A stretch of 64,000 nt of DNA from Trueperaceae bacterium. Lineage in GTDB: Bacteria > Deinococcota > Deinococci > Deinococcales > Trueperaceae. Positions within the stretch are counted from its first letter, which is position 1. Each line of letters begins with the position of its first letter. Where the stretch lies: positions 1 to 64,000 of the forward strand of contig CBDCDZ010000004.1 of the NCBI GenBank assembly GCA_965215565.1, given 5' to 3'. Both the position numbers and the translations under genes were made by a program. The notes under the pieces are model-generated. The model had not been told where the DNA came from and searched no databases. It saw only the letters and a list, made by a program, of their open reading frames with translations. Below are positions 20,421-29,637 of this stretch, piece by piece.

Positions 20421-21257
20421 ATGAATGAAACAGCGGCTCGAACCCCAAAACAAGCCGAGCAAAACAGGCGCTTCGGTGTCGAACTCGCTCGCGCCTTCGG
20501 CGGCGCGATCATCTTCGCACTACTATGCTAATGACCGCCGAGATGTGGGCGCTGGGCTTCTACATCGACCGCTTCCGTCTAGCGCTCTTGCTCCTGCTCT
20601 CGCTGCCGCTGCTGATGGCCCTCAACTACTTCATCGGCTTCAGGGAGACCTTTCGCTGGCGCGACGACCTAGCCGACACGGGCGTCGCTTGGGCGGTCGG
20701 GTTCGCCTCGTCAGCGGCGCTGCTGCTGCTCTTTTCGGTACTCGAGGTCGGCATGAACCTGAGCGAGATCGTTGGTAAAGTCGCCCTCCAAGCGGTGCTC
20801 GCTAGTATCGGAGCGGCGCTCGCGGTGAGCCAGTTGGGTGGCCGCGAGGAAGAGGAGACGGCGTCCCGGCGCGAGACAAGCTACCTGGGCGAACTCGTCA
20901 CAATGGTCACGGGCGCGCTCTTTTTAGCCCTCAATATCGCCCCAACTGAAGAGGTGGTGCGCATCGTCTACCAGTTCACGCCCTGGCACGCCCTCGTGCT
21001 CATCCTAACCTCGCTCCTCATCATGCACACCTTCGTCTACGGGGTAGGGTTTAAGGGGCAAGAGCCGGTGCCGCAGGGTGCACCCCTCTGGAGCGTCTTT
21101 CTGCGCTTTACGGTGGTCGGCTACGCGCTTGCGCTATTTATCAGTTTCTACGCCCTCTGGACCTTTGGGCGCGTGGACGGTATGGCCTTAAACCAGGCGC
21201 TCATGGCGATGCTGGTGCTCGGCTTCCCGGCGGCAGTCGGTGCGGCTCATCCTGTGA
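20421..21257 (+). pseudogene. TIGR02587-like integral membrane protein, frameshifted near 20520 and near 21243
   Basis: LARAFGGAIIFAL in one frame; MLMTAEMW, LNIAPTEEV, LGFPAAVGAA in another; expected RLIL-stop is out of frame. Confidence 0.65.
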
Positions 21258-21646
21258 GGCGGCCCCCGCAAACCCCCTCGCCCATAGAGTGGCTCGCCGT
21301 TGGACTCGGCGCGGCTTTAGTAGGCTTCGCAGTCGTATTTTTGCTGGTCCAGGCGTTCACGTCTCGAGACCAGAAACCGCCCGACCTCGTGCTCCAAGCT
21401 GGGCTACCTCAAGAGGTTCAAACAGGCTTTTACGTTCCCATTCGTATCAACAATCAGGGGGATGAGACGGCAGCCGACGTCGTCATCGAAGGAACGTTGG
21501 CGCAAAACGGCGCAGCCACCGAAACGAGCGAGTTCACCCTCGACTACGCCCCAGCTCACTCTGAACGGGAAGGCGGGCTCTTTTTCAGCCAGAATCCGCA
21601 GGGCTCTCAGCTCGAGCTGCGGGCAAAGGGCTACCAGGAGCCCTGA
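21254..21646 (+). CDS. TIGR02588-like membrane-anchored protein, read through from the upstream gene in this assembly
   Basis: IEW..single TM..PPDL, FYVP..NQGDETAADV.IEG, GGLFFSQNP, GYQEP; GTG start at 21254. Confidence 0.6.
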   Translation: MRRPPQTPSPIEWLAVGLGAALVGFAVVFLLVQAFTSRDQKPPDLVLQAGLPQEVQTGFYVPIRINNQGDETAADVVIEGTLAQNGAATETSEFTLDYAPAHSEREGGLFFSQNPQGSQLELRAKGYQEP

Positions 21647-21817
21647 AGGGTATAGCGAAAGGTAATGCGCGGCTCCCGCCTCACCACCTAAACCTTACGG
21701 ACACCTCGACATTCGCACCTTCATCCTCCAGTAAGTACCAGCCCGGTGGCAGGACGAGCAGGCGTCTGACGCTCAAGTCACGCCTCACCTCGCGCAGGTC
21801 GAGTGGCTCGGTAATAT

Positions 21818-22369
21818 TTGCACATCAGTTGGTTTAGGAATTCTGAGGCGAGTGCACGCGCCATCGACACCGTTGTCAATACGCTCGAGGATGCTAAAGG
21901 CATTGTCATCGACGTGCGTCATAACTGCGGCGGCGAAGACCGTGCGGGCCGGACTATAGCCAGTCTCTTTGTAGCCGAGCCACGCCCCTACATGAGCGTT
22001 GCGATGCGCAAGCTCGGTCAGCTTCTACCTGCCTTCGCAAAACCCGTGGCGTGGCAGCTGGAACCCTTAGGACCGAAGCAGTACACTGGCCCGATCGTTC
22101 TGCTCGTCAATGGCCGGTTAATCAGCGTAGCGGAGAACTTCGCGGTGGCGATGCGCGCCGCCCCACACGCTCTCATCATGGGCGAGATGACTGCGGGCAT
22201 GATGGCGGACACGGGAACCCAGCCGCTGCCGAACGGCTGGGAGGTGAGCGTGCCCGTCAACCAGTTCCGAGATGCGAACGGTATCTCGTGGGAAGGCGTC
22301 GACATCACACCGTTTTGTAGGTTAAAAACGACCGTGCCGACATCGAAGCGGGAAGCGACCGAGTTTTAG
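21818..22369 (+). pseudogene. S41-family peptidase C-terminal fragment
   Basis: IVIDVRHNCGG, SVAENFA, GEMTAG, WEGVDITP; N-terminal part missing. Confidence 0.75.
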
Positions 22370-22750
22370 AGACGGCCCTCGACTTCCTGCGCGTAGGTGC
22401 CGTCCAGCCCTGGGACCGGGCGGAGCAGAAGCCCACAACGCGGCTCCCTTCAGAATGAAGCAATACGTGGAGCTGCAAATCAATGTGGAACAGAACGTCG
22501 ACCCGCTTTGCCTCGTACGGGCCATGAGGTGCTCTGCACGTCACACCACCCGTTTACTCGTGCCGAACGGCTGAACGCAACTCTAACCTAATAGAGTTGC
22601 GCGCGTCAGCCGCACAAAGACCTAGAAGTAGCACGTTAGAAAATTCAACGATTCGAACCCGTATCCTGCAAGGACCGTCCGCTTATTCAAGGGGTGGGCA
22701 AGTCCCGATTGTATTCACCTTGCGGGGAGAGTAAAAAACGCGACCTCCGC

Positions 22751-24808
22751 TCAGCCTGAGACCGCCACCGGCACCGACTCGGTAGGGCGGTAGCGTGCCA
22801 CCATCCGCGACCAAATCAGGTTGCTCTGGATGCGCGCCTCCAGCACGTCGAGGTAACGCTCGAGCCCCTCATCCGCCGGGCCGAACGAAGGTCGCTTCAG
22901 CCGCTCCTCGCGGAAGCCCGCGACAGCCTGGTGGTACATCTGCGCCGCCCGGCTCATGGACTCGGGAAGGGAACCCCCATATTCTCTCTGCAAAGCGAGC
23001 ACGAGGTTGTGGACGTCGTCGTGGTGCAGCTCTTTATTGAGTGAAAAGAGGTCGTTCGCCCAGCACACCGCCTGATCCGCGAGCAGATTCAGCCGGGTCA
23101 CGGCTTGATGCTCGCGCACTTCCTGTGGCAAGCAGACGCCGTCGGCGAGTTCGATAAAGGCGGTGTCGATCGAGAGGCCACCGGTCACAGGACGCAGGAT
23201 CAAGTAGCTCGCCAGCTCGGGCGGGCTATTCCGAGTCCGGTTCGACGCTTCCCAGACCGTCGCCGCCATGAACGCTTTAACGGTTGCGCAGAAGCGGGCA
23301 AACCACTCGGGCGTTCCGTGCACACGCAGCCGCGCGCCCAAGTCGAAGAGGAGCTGCGCCACCGGTCCTTCGCGCTCGTCGGGCGTTGTCCCTGCCAAAA
23401 CCACATTCAAGCGGGCGTTCATTCTTTGTAAACGTGCGGGGTCGTGACCCATTGTGCCCTCGTCGCAGAGGTCGTCGTAAAAGAACATCCACAAATACCA
23501 GTCGGCGATGAGTTGCTTGACCTCTTCGCTCGCCTCCTGATGGATGGTGCTCGCTAGATAGCCGGGGCGGATCGCGGCAACGAGGCGGTAGAGGTCGCGC
23601 TTCGAGGCGATACCGAAACGCGCCAGCCACCTCACCGTGCCCCGGTCGAGGCGTTCGCTCAGCTCGGCGTTGCAGACGTCGTCAACATCGGACAGTGGCG
23701 TCAGTTCGGGCAGCGGTAGACGCTCGACATACTTTCTTGTAAACGCCTCGACGCGGTTGCGCCCGCCCGTCTTGCTCGCGTAGAGGGCTTCGTCGGCGCG
23801 TCTAATCAACGTATTCGGCGTGTCCCCGGCCTGATAACTTGCGACGCCGAAGCTGGCCGTAATGCCCCCTATCTCGAAGGGGTAGTCCGCCACTTGGCGG
23901 CGCAGGCGTTCGGCTAAGACGCTCGCGCCTTCAAGTCCGGTGTGAGACGCGAGGATGAGAAACTCCTCACCGCCCCAGCGTCCGAACAGGTCGGTGTCGC
24001 GCACGAACGTCGCTGCCAGGTCCGCGACCTTGATGAGTACCTTGTCCCCCGCCTCATGACCGTGAACATCGTTGACCTGTTTGAAACGGTCGATATCTAC
24101 GAGGATGAGCGAGAAGGGGTTGCCGTAGCGCTCGCCCGCCGCGAACGCTTGGGCGAGGGAAGACTCCAGAGCGCGGCGGTTCGGCTTGCCTGTCAGCGGG
24201 TCGAGGTAAGCGAGTCGCTCCATCTGAGCGAGCTGCGCCTGTAACGCTGCGATCTTCGTGCGCGAGAAGGAGTAGCTGTAGAGCACCCCCAAGTAGAGGG
24301 CGTAACTGAGATAGAACTCGGTCAACCCGCTAGGCAGTACGATCGGAACGCCCCCGGAGCCTGCAAAGGCAGCCGCGAGCCCTGCTGCCAGCGCGAGCGT
24401 ATAGATCGACGCTGTGTAGCGCAGCGCCGAGCGTTGCTCGAACAGCACATACGCCAGGATGAAGATAGTTGGCGACCAGACGTAGAGCTGGACGAGCTCC
24501 TGTTGGGCACTTGCCTGAGCATAACTCAGATAAACGCTGGTCGCGAACTTGCCAATAAAAACAGCCGCCAGCACGCTGTAGACGAAATTCTCGATGTAAA
24601 GAAGCGCGGGCTTGCGGAGGTGAATGGCGAGGCTCGCAGCGAGTAGAAGAACCGCTAGAATGGGTAAGACGAGCGCGTCGAAGGTGGCGGGCTGCCCGTC
24701 TTGGTAATCAACCCAGTAAGTTGTCAAAACAGCGATACTCAGTAGGGGTAGTACAACGCGATAAATCTGTCGTTTGATTGTCTGGTGGGTGGGTGAGGTG
24801 AGGTCCAT
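22751..24808 (-). CDS. Multi-TM diguanylate cyclase (GGEEF) fused to a class I terpene synthase domain
   Basis: About six TM helices; DPLTG.NRR, DIDRFKQVND.HGH..GD, RDTD I-site, RWGGEEF; then FYDDLCDE (DDxxD), RPVTGG, NDLFSLNKE (NSE/DTE) and WSRMVARY (WxxxxxRY). Confidence 0.9.
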   Translation of the reverse strand: MDLTSPTHQTIKRQIYRVVLPLLSIAVLTTYWVDYQDGQPATFDALVLPILAVLLLAASLAIHLRKPALLYIENFVYSVLAAVFIGKFATSVYLSYAQASAQQELVQLYVWSPTIFILAYVLFEQRSALRYTASIYTLALAAGLAAAFAGSGGVPIVLPSGLTEFYLSYALYLGVLYSYSFSRTKIAALQAQLAQMERLAYLDPLTGKPNRRALESSLAQAFAAGERYGNPFSLILVDIDRFKQVNDVHGHEAGDKVLIKVADLAATFVRDTDLFGRWGGEEFLILASHTGLEGASVLAERLRRQVADYPFEIGGITASFGVASYQAGDTPNTLIRRADEALYASKTGGRNRVEAFTRKYVERLPLPELTPLSDVDDVCNAELSERLDRGTVRWLARFGIASKRDLYRLVAAIRPGYLASTIHQEASEEVKQLIADWYLWMFFYDDLCDEGTMGHDPARLQRMNARLNVVLAGTTPDEREGPVAQLLFDLGARLRVHGTPEWFARFCATVKAFMAATVWEASNRTRNSPPELASYLILRPVTGGLSIDTAFIELADGVCLPQEVREHQAVTRLNLLADQAVCWANDLFSLNKELHHDDVHNLVLALQREYGGSLPESMSRAAQMYHQAVAGFREERLKRPSFGPADEGLERYLDVLEARIQSNLIWSRMVARYRPTESVPVAVSG

Positions 24809-24902
24809 CTAAGCTCACGCTATCAAGCGAGAATACCCCGGAGCGTTAAATTTTGCGCACCCTCGTCCTTGGGTGCATGGTAGAAGCGCGAGGGGAGGAC
24901 GG

Positions 24903-26267
24903 ATGCTCAGATCAAAACGACAAGGCAGCGTGCAAGGACCGAGGGGCGTTCGCGCACTCGGGGTACTACCTCGACTGCTCAGACACGACATGCTCAGCGT
25001 GCTCGAAGAGGCTAGAGAAGGCTACGGCGACCTCTTTAAGCTCCGCGTCGGCCCCGCCTCGCTGGTCATCGCGAGCCACCCGGAGCACGCTCGGCACATC
25101 TTACAAACTGCAAGCGTGAACTACACCAAAGGGCGGGTCTACGATCCCGGTCGCCGCTGGATGATTGGCGACGGGCTCATCGCCAGCACGGGTGAGCATT
25201 GGCTGCGCCAACGGCGCATGATGCAGCCGCACTTCCACCGCCAGCAGTTGGCGGGTCTCACGACCCTGATGACGGACGCGATTGGTGAAGCGCTGGCGAG
25301 TTGGGAGCCTCGAGAAGAGGGAGCGACGCTCCACCTCGACAAGGCGACCGCGCGGCTCTCCATCAAGGTCATCACGCGCACGCTCTTCGGCAGCGGAACG
25401 TTGAGCGAGGCGGAGATGGACGAGGTCGGAGCGGCGTTTTTGACGTTGATGCGGCAACTCACCCCGCGTCTCTTTCTCTACTTTCTACCGGAACAGCTCC
25501 CGCTACCCGGTGACCGAGCGCTCCGCAGAGTGAGACGAACGGTTGACGCGGCGATCTATAAACTCATCGCGGAGCGGCGGCGTACACCCGGCGGGAACGA
25601 CCTGCTCGCCATGCTCATGGGCGCGGCAGACGGGGAAGGAGCGGGTGAAGGGCGCGGCATGAGTGACGCGCAGTTGCGCAACGAAGTCGCCACCCTGTTC
25701 ATCGCTGGATATGACACCGTTTCGACGGGTCTGACCTGGACCTGGCACCTCCTCAGTGAGCATCCCAGGGTGTTGGCGCGTCTCAAGGAGGAGATCGAGA
25801 CAGCGTTAGGAAAACGAACGCCGACCTTCGCTGACTTGGGAGCGCTGCCCTACACGCGCAACGTGTTGCGGGAGAGCCTGCGCGTGCGTCCGCCCGTCGG
25901 TATGGTGCCCCGCACGCTCAAAGCGGACGATGAACTGGATGGACACCTTCTGCGTAAAGGCACAACGGTGTGGCTCTATATCTACGGCGTTCATCGCCAC
26001 GCCGACTTCTGGGACGCCCCGGAGGACTTCGTACCGGAGCGCTTCGAGTCCGACCAGAAACACCGCTTTGCCTATCTTCCCTTTATCGCCGGACCTCGGC
26101 AGTGTATCGGCAACGAATTCGCCATGACGGAGATGGCGCTGGCGCTGGTGATGACCGTTCAGCGCTACGAGGTTACAACTCTGAACGACCCGCCTGCACT
26201 ACCACTACTCACTACGGTGCTCAAGCCTCGGTACGGGGTGCAGGCGAGGGTGCGCTCGCGAGCATGA
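24903..26267 (+). CDS. Cytochrome P450
   Basis: AGYDT I-helix, ESLR (ExxR), PERF, heme motif FIAGPRQCIG; ggagg RBS before ATG 24903. Confidence 0.95.
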   Translation: MLRSKRQGSVQGPRGVRALGVLPRLLRHDMLSVLEEAREGYGDLFKLRVGPASLVIASHPEHARHILQTASVNYTKGRVYDPGRRWMIGDGLIASTGEHWLRQRRMMQPHFHRQQLAGLTTLMTDAIGEALASWEPREEGATLHLDKATARLSIKVITRTLFGSGTLSEAEMDEVGAAFLTLMRQLTPRLFLYFLPEQLPLPGDRALRRVRRTVDAAIYKLIAERRRTPGGNDLLAMLMGAADGEGAGEGRGMSDAQLRNEVATLFIAGYDTVSTGLTWTWHLLSEHPRVLARLKEEIETALGKRTPTFADLGALPYTRNVLRESLRVRPPVGMVPRTLKADDELDGHLLRKGTTVWLYIYGVHRHADFWDAPEDFVPERFESDQKHRFAYLPFIAGPRQCIGNEFAMTEMALALVMTVQRYEVTTLNDPPALPLLTTVLKPRYGVQARVRSRA

Positions 26268-26624
26268 GATAGAGACCCATTCGCGTAGCGTTTAGCGATG
26301 ATTATGCAAAAACTTGGACTATGATGAAGCTAGACATTCTTGGTCCATCTTGAAAGTTCGTCGCAGAATGCCTATTCGACGCTCAGGGCTGATGACGTAG
26401 AAAACTATTTTCAAAGTATGCATGAGATTTACCGGATGCACCATTCTGCAGCGAACGCGCGCGTTCGGCGCAGAAAGCCGGTACCCGCGAAAACTCGCCC
26501 TATAACCTTTCTAAATGCTCCACAGAACACCACAACCACGCTTCGGATGCGCTGGTGCGCTACTCCTGCATTCGCTATGAAGTTTTTTACACTCAAGCCA
26601 GTAGCACATGTATAAGCTTATAGT

Positions 26625-28421
26625 GTGAAAAAGCACACTCACGATGATGTGCGTTTAGAAGCGCTTCGCCGTACGCGGTTACTCGATACGCCACCCGAGG
26701 TCGCCTTTGATCGCCTTACTTCGCTGGCGTGTATGCTTCTCAAAGCTCCCGTAGCGCTCATCTCACTTATCGACTCAGACCGTCAGTTTTTCAAAAGTGC
26801 GAGCGGTCTTGCAGAACCGTGGGCGAACCTCCGAGAAGCACCCTTGTCTGGTGCATTTTGTAAACAGGTTGTCAACCGTGAAGCGCCGCTCGTCGTCGAG
26901 AATACTGCCGCACCTACGTGGCTTAACTTTAGCGTTGCAGCCGAAGCACTTGATATCAGGGCGTACCTCGGCACACCCCTCTTCACGCCTGAAGGTCAGC
27001 CTATCGGGACGCTATGCGCGGTTGATCAGCAACCACGAGCCTGGTCAGAGCGTGATCTCTGTGTGCTGAGCGAACTAGCGGACATCGCGATGTCTGAAGT
27101 TGCGACGCGGCGCTACCGGCTCGAGCGTGACGCCGCTGAACGCGCACTTCACCACCTCGCTTATCACGATGCGTTGACGGGTCTCCCCAACCGCGCTTTT
27201 TTGCTGCCCTATCTAAATCGCGCGGCGGAGCAAGGTAAAGCGCCCACGATACTCTTTCTCGACATCGACGACTTCAAGCTGCTCAACGATTCGTTAGGGC
27301 ACGCCTTTGGCGATCAGGTCCTGCAGCACGTAGCCCAGCGGCTGCAAGGTGCCGTTCAAGAGAACGATGTGGTCGCTCGACTTGGTGGTGACGAGTTTGT
27401 GGTTGTGCTCGAATCTTCCTCCCGAGTAGAAGGCACCGCTGCCGCTACCGAAACCTTACTTACGGCCGTCGGAGCGCCCTTCTCGGTAGCGGGCCGCGTG
27501 GTCAAGCTTGCAGCGAGCGTCGGGGTCGCCACGTTTCTCAGCGGCGAAAGCGCTGAAGAGGTATTGCGCCGAGCTGACCTTGCAATGTACCAGGCTAAGC
27601 GCCGAGGCAAAGGAACCTTGAGTTTTTTCACCCCTCAGCTCGACGACAGGGCGATGGAGCGTTTAACCCTCGCGACAGACTTTCAGGATGCGCTCGCTCA
27701 GCAGCAGTTCATCCTTCACTACCAACCCCGCGTGAGGGTGATCGGCAACGAATGTGTAGGGGTTGAGGCGTTAGTGCGCTGGCAACATCCGAGGCGCGGC
27801 TTGCTGCTACCTGATACGTTTGTGCCAGCAGCCGAGGAGTGCGGACTGATCTATGACCTCGGCCAGGTTGTGTTGGAGCAGGCGTGTCAGAGGCTAGCCG
27901 ATTGGCGAAGTCGGGGTCTCGCTGTGGCTATGTCGCTTAACGTATCAGTCAATCAACTGCTGCATCCCGGCTTCTTGCGCGACGTGGTGCAAGCTGTCGC
28001 GCGTTATCAGGTCGGCGCGGGAGCGCTCGAGTTCGAAATCACCGAGCGCGTCTTTATGCAAAGTAGCGAGGTGTTAGAAACGCTGCGCGCTATTAAAGCT
28101 CTAGGTATCAAGCTTTCGCTTGATGATTTTGGCACGGGTTACTCGTCCCTCGCCGCTCTAAAACAACTCCCCTTTGATACGCTTAAGCTTGACCGAAGCT
28201 TCCTCAACGACGCCAAACCCGCTTCGCCCAAAGATATCGCAATCATGCGCGCAGTGACCGCGTTAGCTCAGTCACTAGACCTTACGGTGGTTGCTGAGGG
28301 CGTTGAAACGCCTTGGCAGCGCGACTTTGTGTTGGATGCCGGATGCGAAGAGGCTCAGGGATTTTTCTATGGTCGCGCTGTTGAGGCGGCAGTGCTCGAG
28401 CGGCACTACCTGCTACTCTAA
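26625..28421 (+). CDS. GAF-GGDEF-EAL c-di-GMP signalling protein
   Basis: RLEAL..LLDTPPE.FDRLT GAF, RLGGDEF, EALVRW, EITE, DDFGTGYSS, EGVE, QGF. Confidence 0.93.
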   Translation: MKKHTHDDVRLEALRRTRLLDTPPEVAFDRLTSLACMLLKAPVALISLIDSDRQFFKSASGLAEPWANLREAPLSGAFCKQVVNREAPLVVENTAAPTWLNFSVAAEALDIRAYLGTPLFTPEGQPIGTLCAVDQQPRAWSERDLCVLSELADIAMSEVATRRYRLERDAAERALHHLAYHDALTGLPNRAFLLPYLNRAAEQGKAPTILFLDIDDFKLLNDSLGHAFGDQVLQHVAQRLQGAVQENDVVARLGGDEFVVVLESSSRVEGTAAATETLLTAVGAPFSVAGRVVKLAASVGVATFLSGESAEEVLRRADLAMYQAKRRGKGTLSFFTPQLDDRAMERLTLATDFQDALAQQQFILHYQPRVRVIGNECVGVEALVRWQHPRRGLLLPDTFVPAAEECGLIYDLGQVVLEQACQRLADWRSRGLAVAMSLNVSVNQLLHPGFLRDVVQAVARYQVGAGALEFEITERVFMQSSEVLETLRAIKALGIKLSLDDFGTGYSSLAALKQLPFDTLKLDRSFLNDAKPASPKDIAIMRAVTALAQSLDLTVVAEGVETPWQRDFVLDAGCEEAQGFFYGRAVEAAVLERHYLLL

Positions 28422-28462
28422 GTCTGTCAAGCTGGCGCTACTGAGCCTTTTTGTACCCGAGT

Positions 28463-28492
28463 TGTGCGTGAGTAGCGCGCAACTCACGCACA
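28463..28492. repeat. REP-like palindrome (GCGTGAGTTGCGCGCAACTCACGC family)
   Basis: tgtgcgtgagt-a-gcgcgc-a-actcacgcaca; relatives at about 22594, 32904, 34441, 35802 and 51014. Confidence 0.75.
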
Positions 28493-28564
28493 GCACTAAA
28501 TAACCACTTGAGTGTCGAAGCCGTAGCGTAGCGCCGCCGCAACGGTGCGGCGGCTCATCAGCCT

Positions 28565-29188
28565 TCACTTCGCACAGCCGTCGATCACTGTGCGCACTGT
28601 GAACGCCGCCATCTCCGGGGCACTTTTCTCGTGAGCCTGGAGCAGCTCAGGGCGTGTGAGCGCCTCGAGCGCCGCGAGTAACAGTTCGACGACTAAAGGT
28701 GACGACAGGTCCGGGCGCAGTACGCCTTCTTGCTTGCCCTCTTCCAGAAGCAGGTTAAGTGTACGCCCCACCGTGTCTCGCCGGAACGTCACGAGGTAGT
28801 TCCACACCCGCGGCGCGTTGCGGCTGACGTCCTCTAAAGCCGACGCTTCGAGCCACCCCAGACGCACGTGCACGTTCTGCAAGAACCTCTCTAACTTGCT
28901 GTGGAATGCTCCCTCGCCCTGAACAGTCTGCTCGATGTCTGCCTGAAAGCTTTCCAGATACTGCTCTAGCGCGTGTTGGAAAAGCGCCTCTTTACTGCTG
29001 AAGTGCTCGTAGAGCGTCTTTTTACTGATGCGAAGCTCGCGGCTCAGCGCGTCCATCGGGACGTTACTATAGCCCTCGGTGAGAAAGCGCCGCAGCGCCA
29101 ACGTTGAGATGCGCTGCGCGGTGTCGGCCTGAGGCGCTTTTGCTGCGTAGCTCGTGGTTTCAATCGTCATCGTATCCAAGTCTAACAA
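28565..29188 (-). CDS. TetR/AcrR family transcriptional regulator
   Basis: FLTEGYSNVPMDALSRELRISKKTLYEHFSSKEALF HTH. Confidence 0.92.
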   Translation of the reverse strand: MLDLDTMTIETTSYAAKAPQADTAQRISTLALRRFLTEGYSNVPMDALSRELRISKKTLYEHFSSKEALFQHALEQYLESFQADIEQTVQGEGAFHSKLERFLQNVHVRLGWLEASALEDVSRNAPRVWNYLVTFRRDTVGRTLNLLLEEGKQEGVLRPDLSSPLVVELLLAALEALTRPELLQAHEKSAPEMAAFTVRTVIDGCAK

Positions 29189-29196
29189 AAGTGAGT

Positions 29197-29637
29197 TTAC
29201 GACCGCGACGCGCGCTTTCGCTCTGAGCCGGTCGCGAGTTCGCGCTTATGCGCAATGCCAACGAACGCCAAGAGCGCGAGCAGAACGGCGGGCGTCATCA
29301 CCTTGTTCGCGGGGTCGTTGATTTTCGCGTGCGTGGCGACTGCCCCCGTCATGGTCGCGCTAAGTAAGACGCTTGCAAGCGGTGTCAGAGCAGGACGAAC
29401 AAAACCTAAGAGGAGTCCAAGCGCACCCCCCACCTCAACCGCGCCTGTCACCACGCGAAACCACTGCGGGTAGCGGAAACGGTCGAAGTCATCGACCATG
29501 TCGTTCGCTCCCGCAAGCTTGGAGCCGCCCGAGCCTAGAAACATCAGTCCTAATAGTGTTTGTAAAATTCTTAGTGTCCACGTCATGAATCTGCTCCTTA
29601 TCTTTGTCTTTTTGACTCGGGTCTTACTTTTAAGCAT
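29197..29637 (-). CDS. DoxX-family membrane protein
   Basis: LGLMFLGSGGSKL, GAVEVGGALGLL, MTGAVATH. Confidence 0.85.
   Translation of the reverse strand: MLKSKTRVKKTKIRSRFMTWTLRILQTLLGLMFLGSGGSKLAGANDMVDDFDRFRYPQWFRVVTGAVEVGGALGLLLGFVRPALTPLASVLLSATMTGAVATHAKINDPANKVMTPAVLLALLAFVGIAHKRELATGSERKRASRS

Noticed and set aside
20525..21646. 373-aa ORF as a genuine fusion protein
   Set aside because: Better explained by a small deletion removing the stop between two normally separate genes; the upstream gene is also frameshifted.
22640..22700. tRNA-like GGGTTCGAATC on the minus strand
   Set aside because: The T-stem does not pair and no cloverleaf can be built.
26340..26615. 91-aa ORF between the P450 and GAF-GGDEF-EAL genes
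   Set aside because: TTG start, no clear RBS and no motif; more likely promoter DNA. No c-di-GMP riboswitch consensus was recognised there either.
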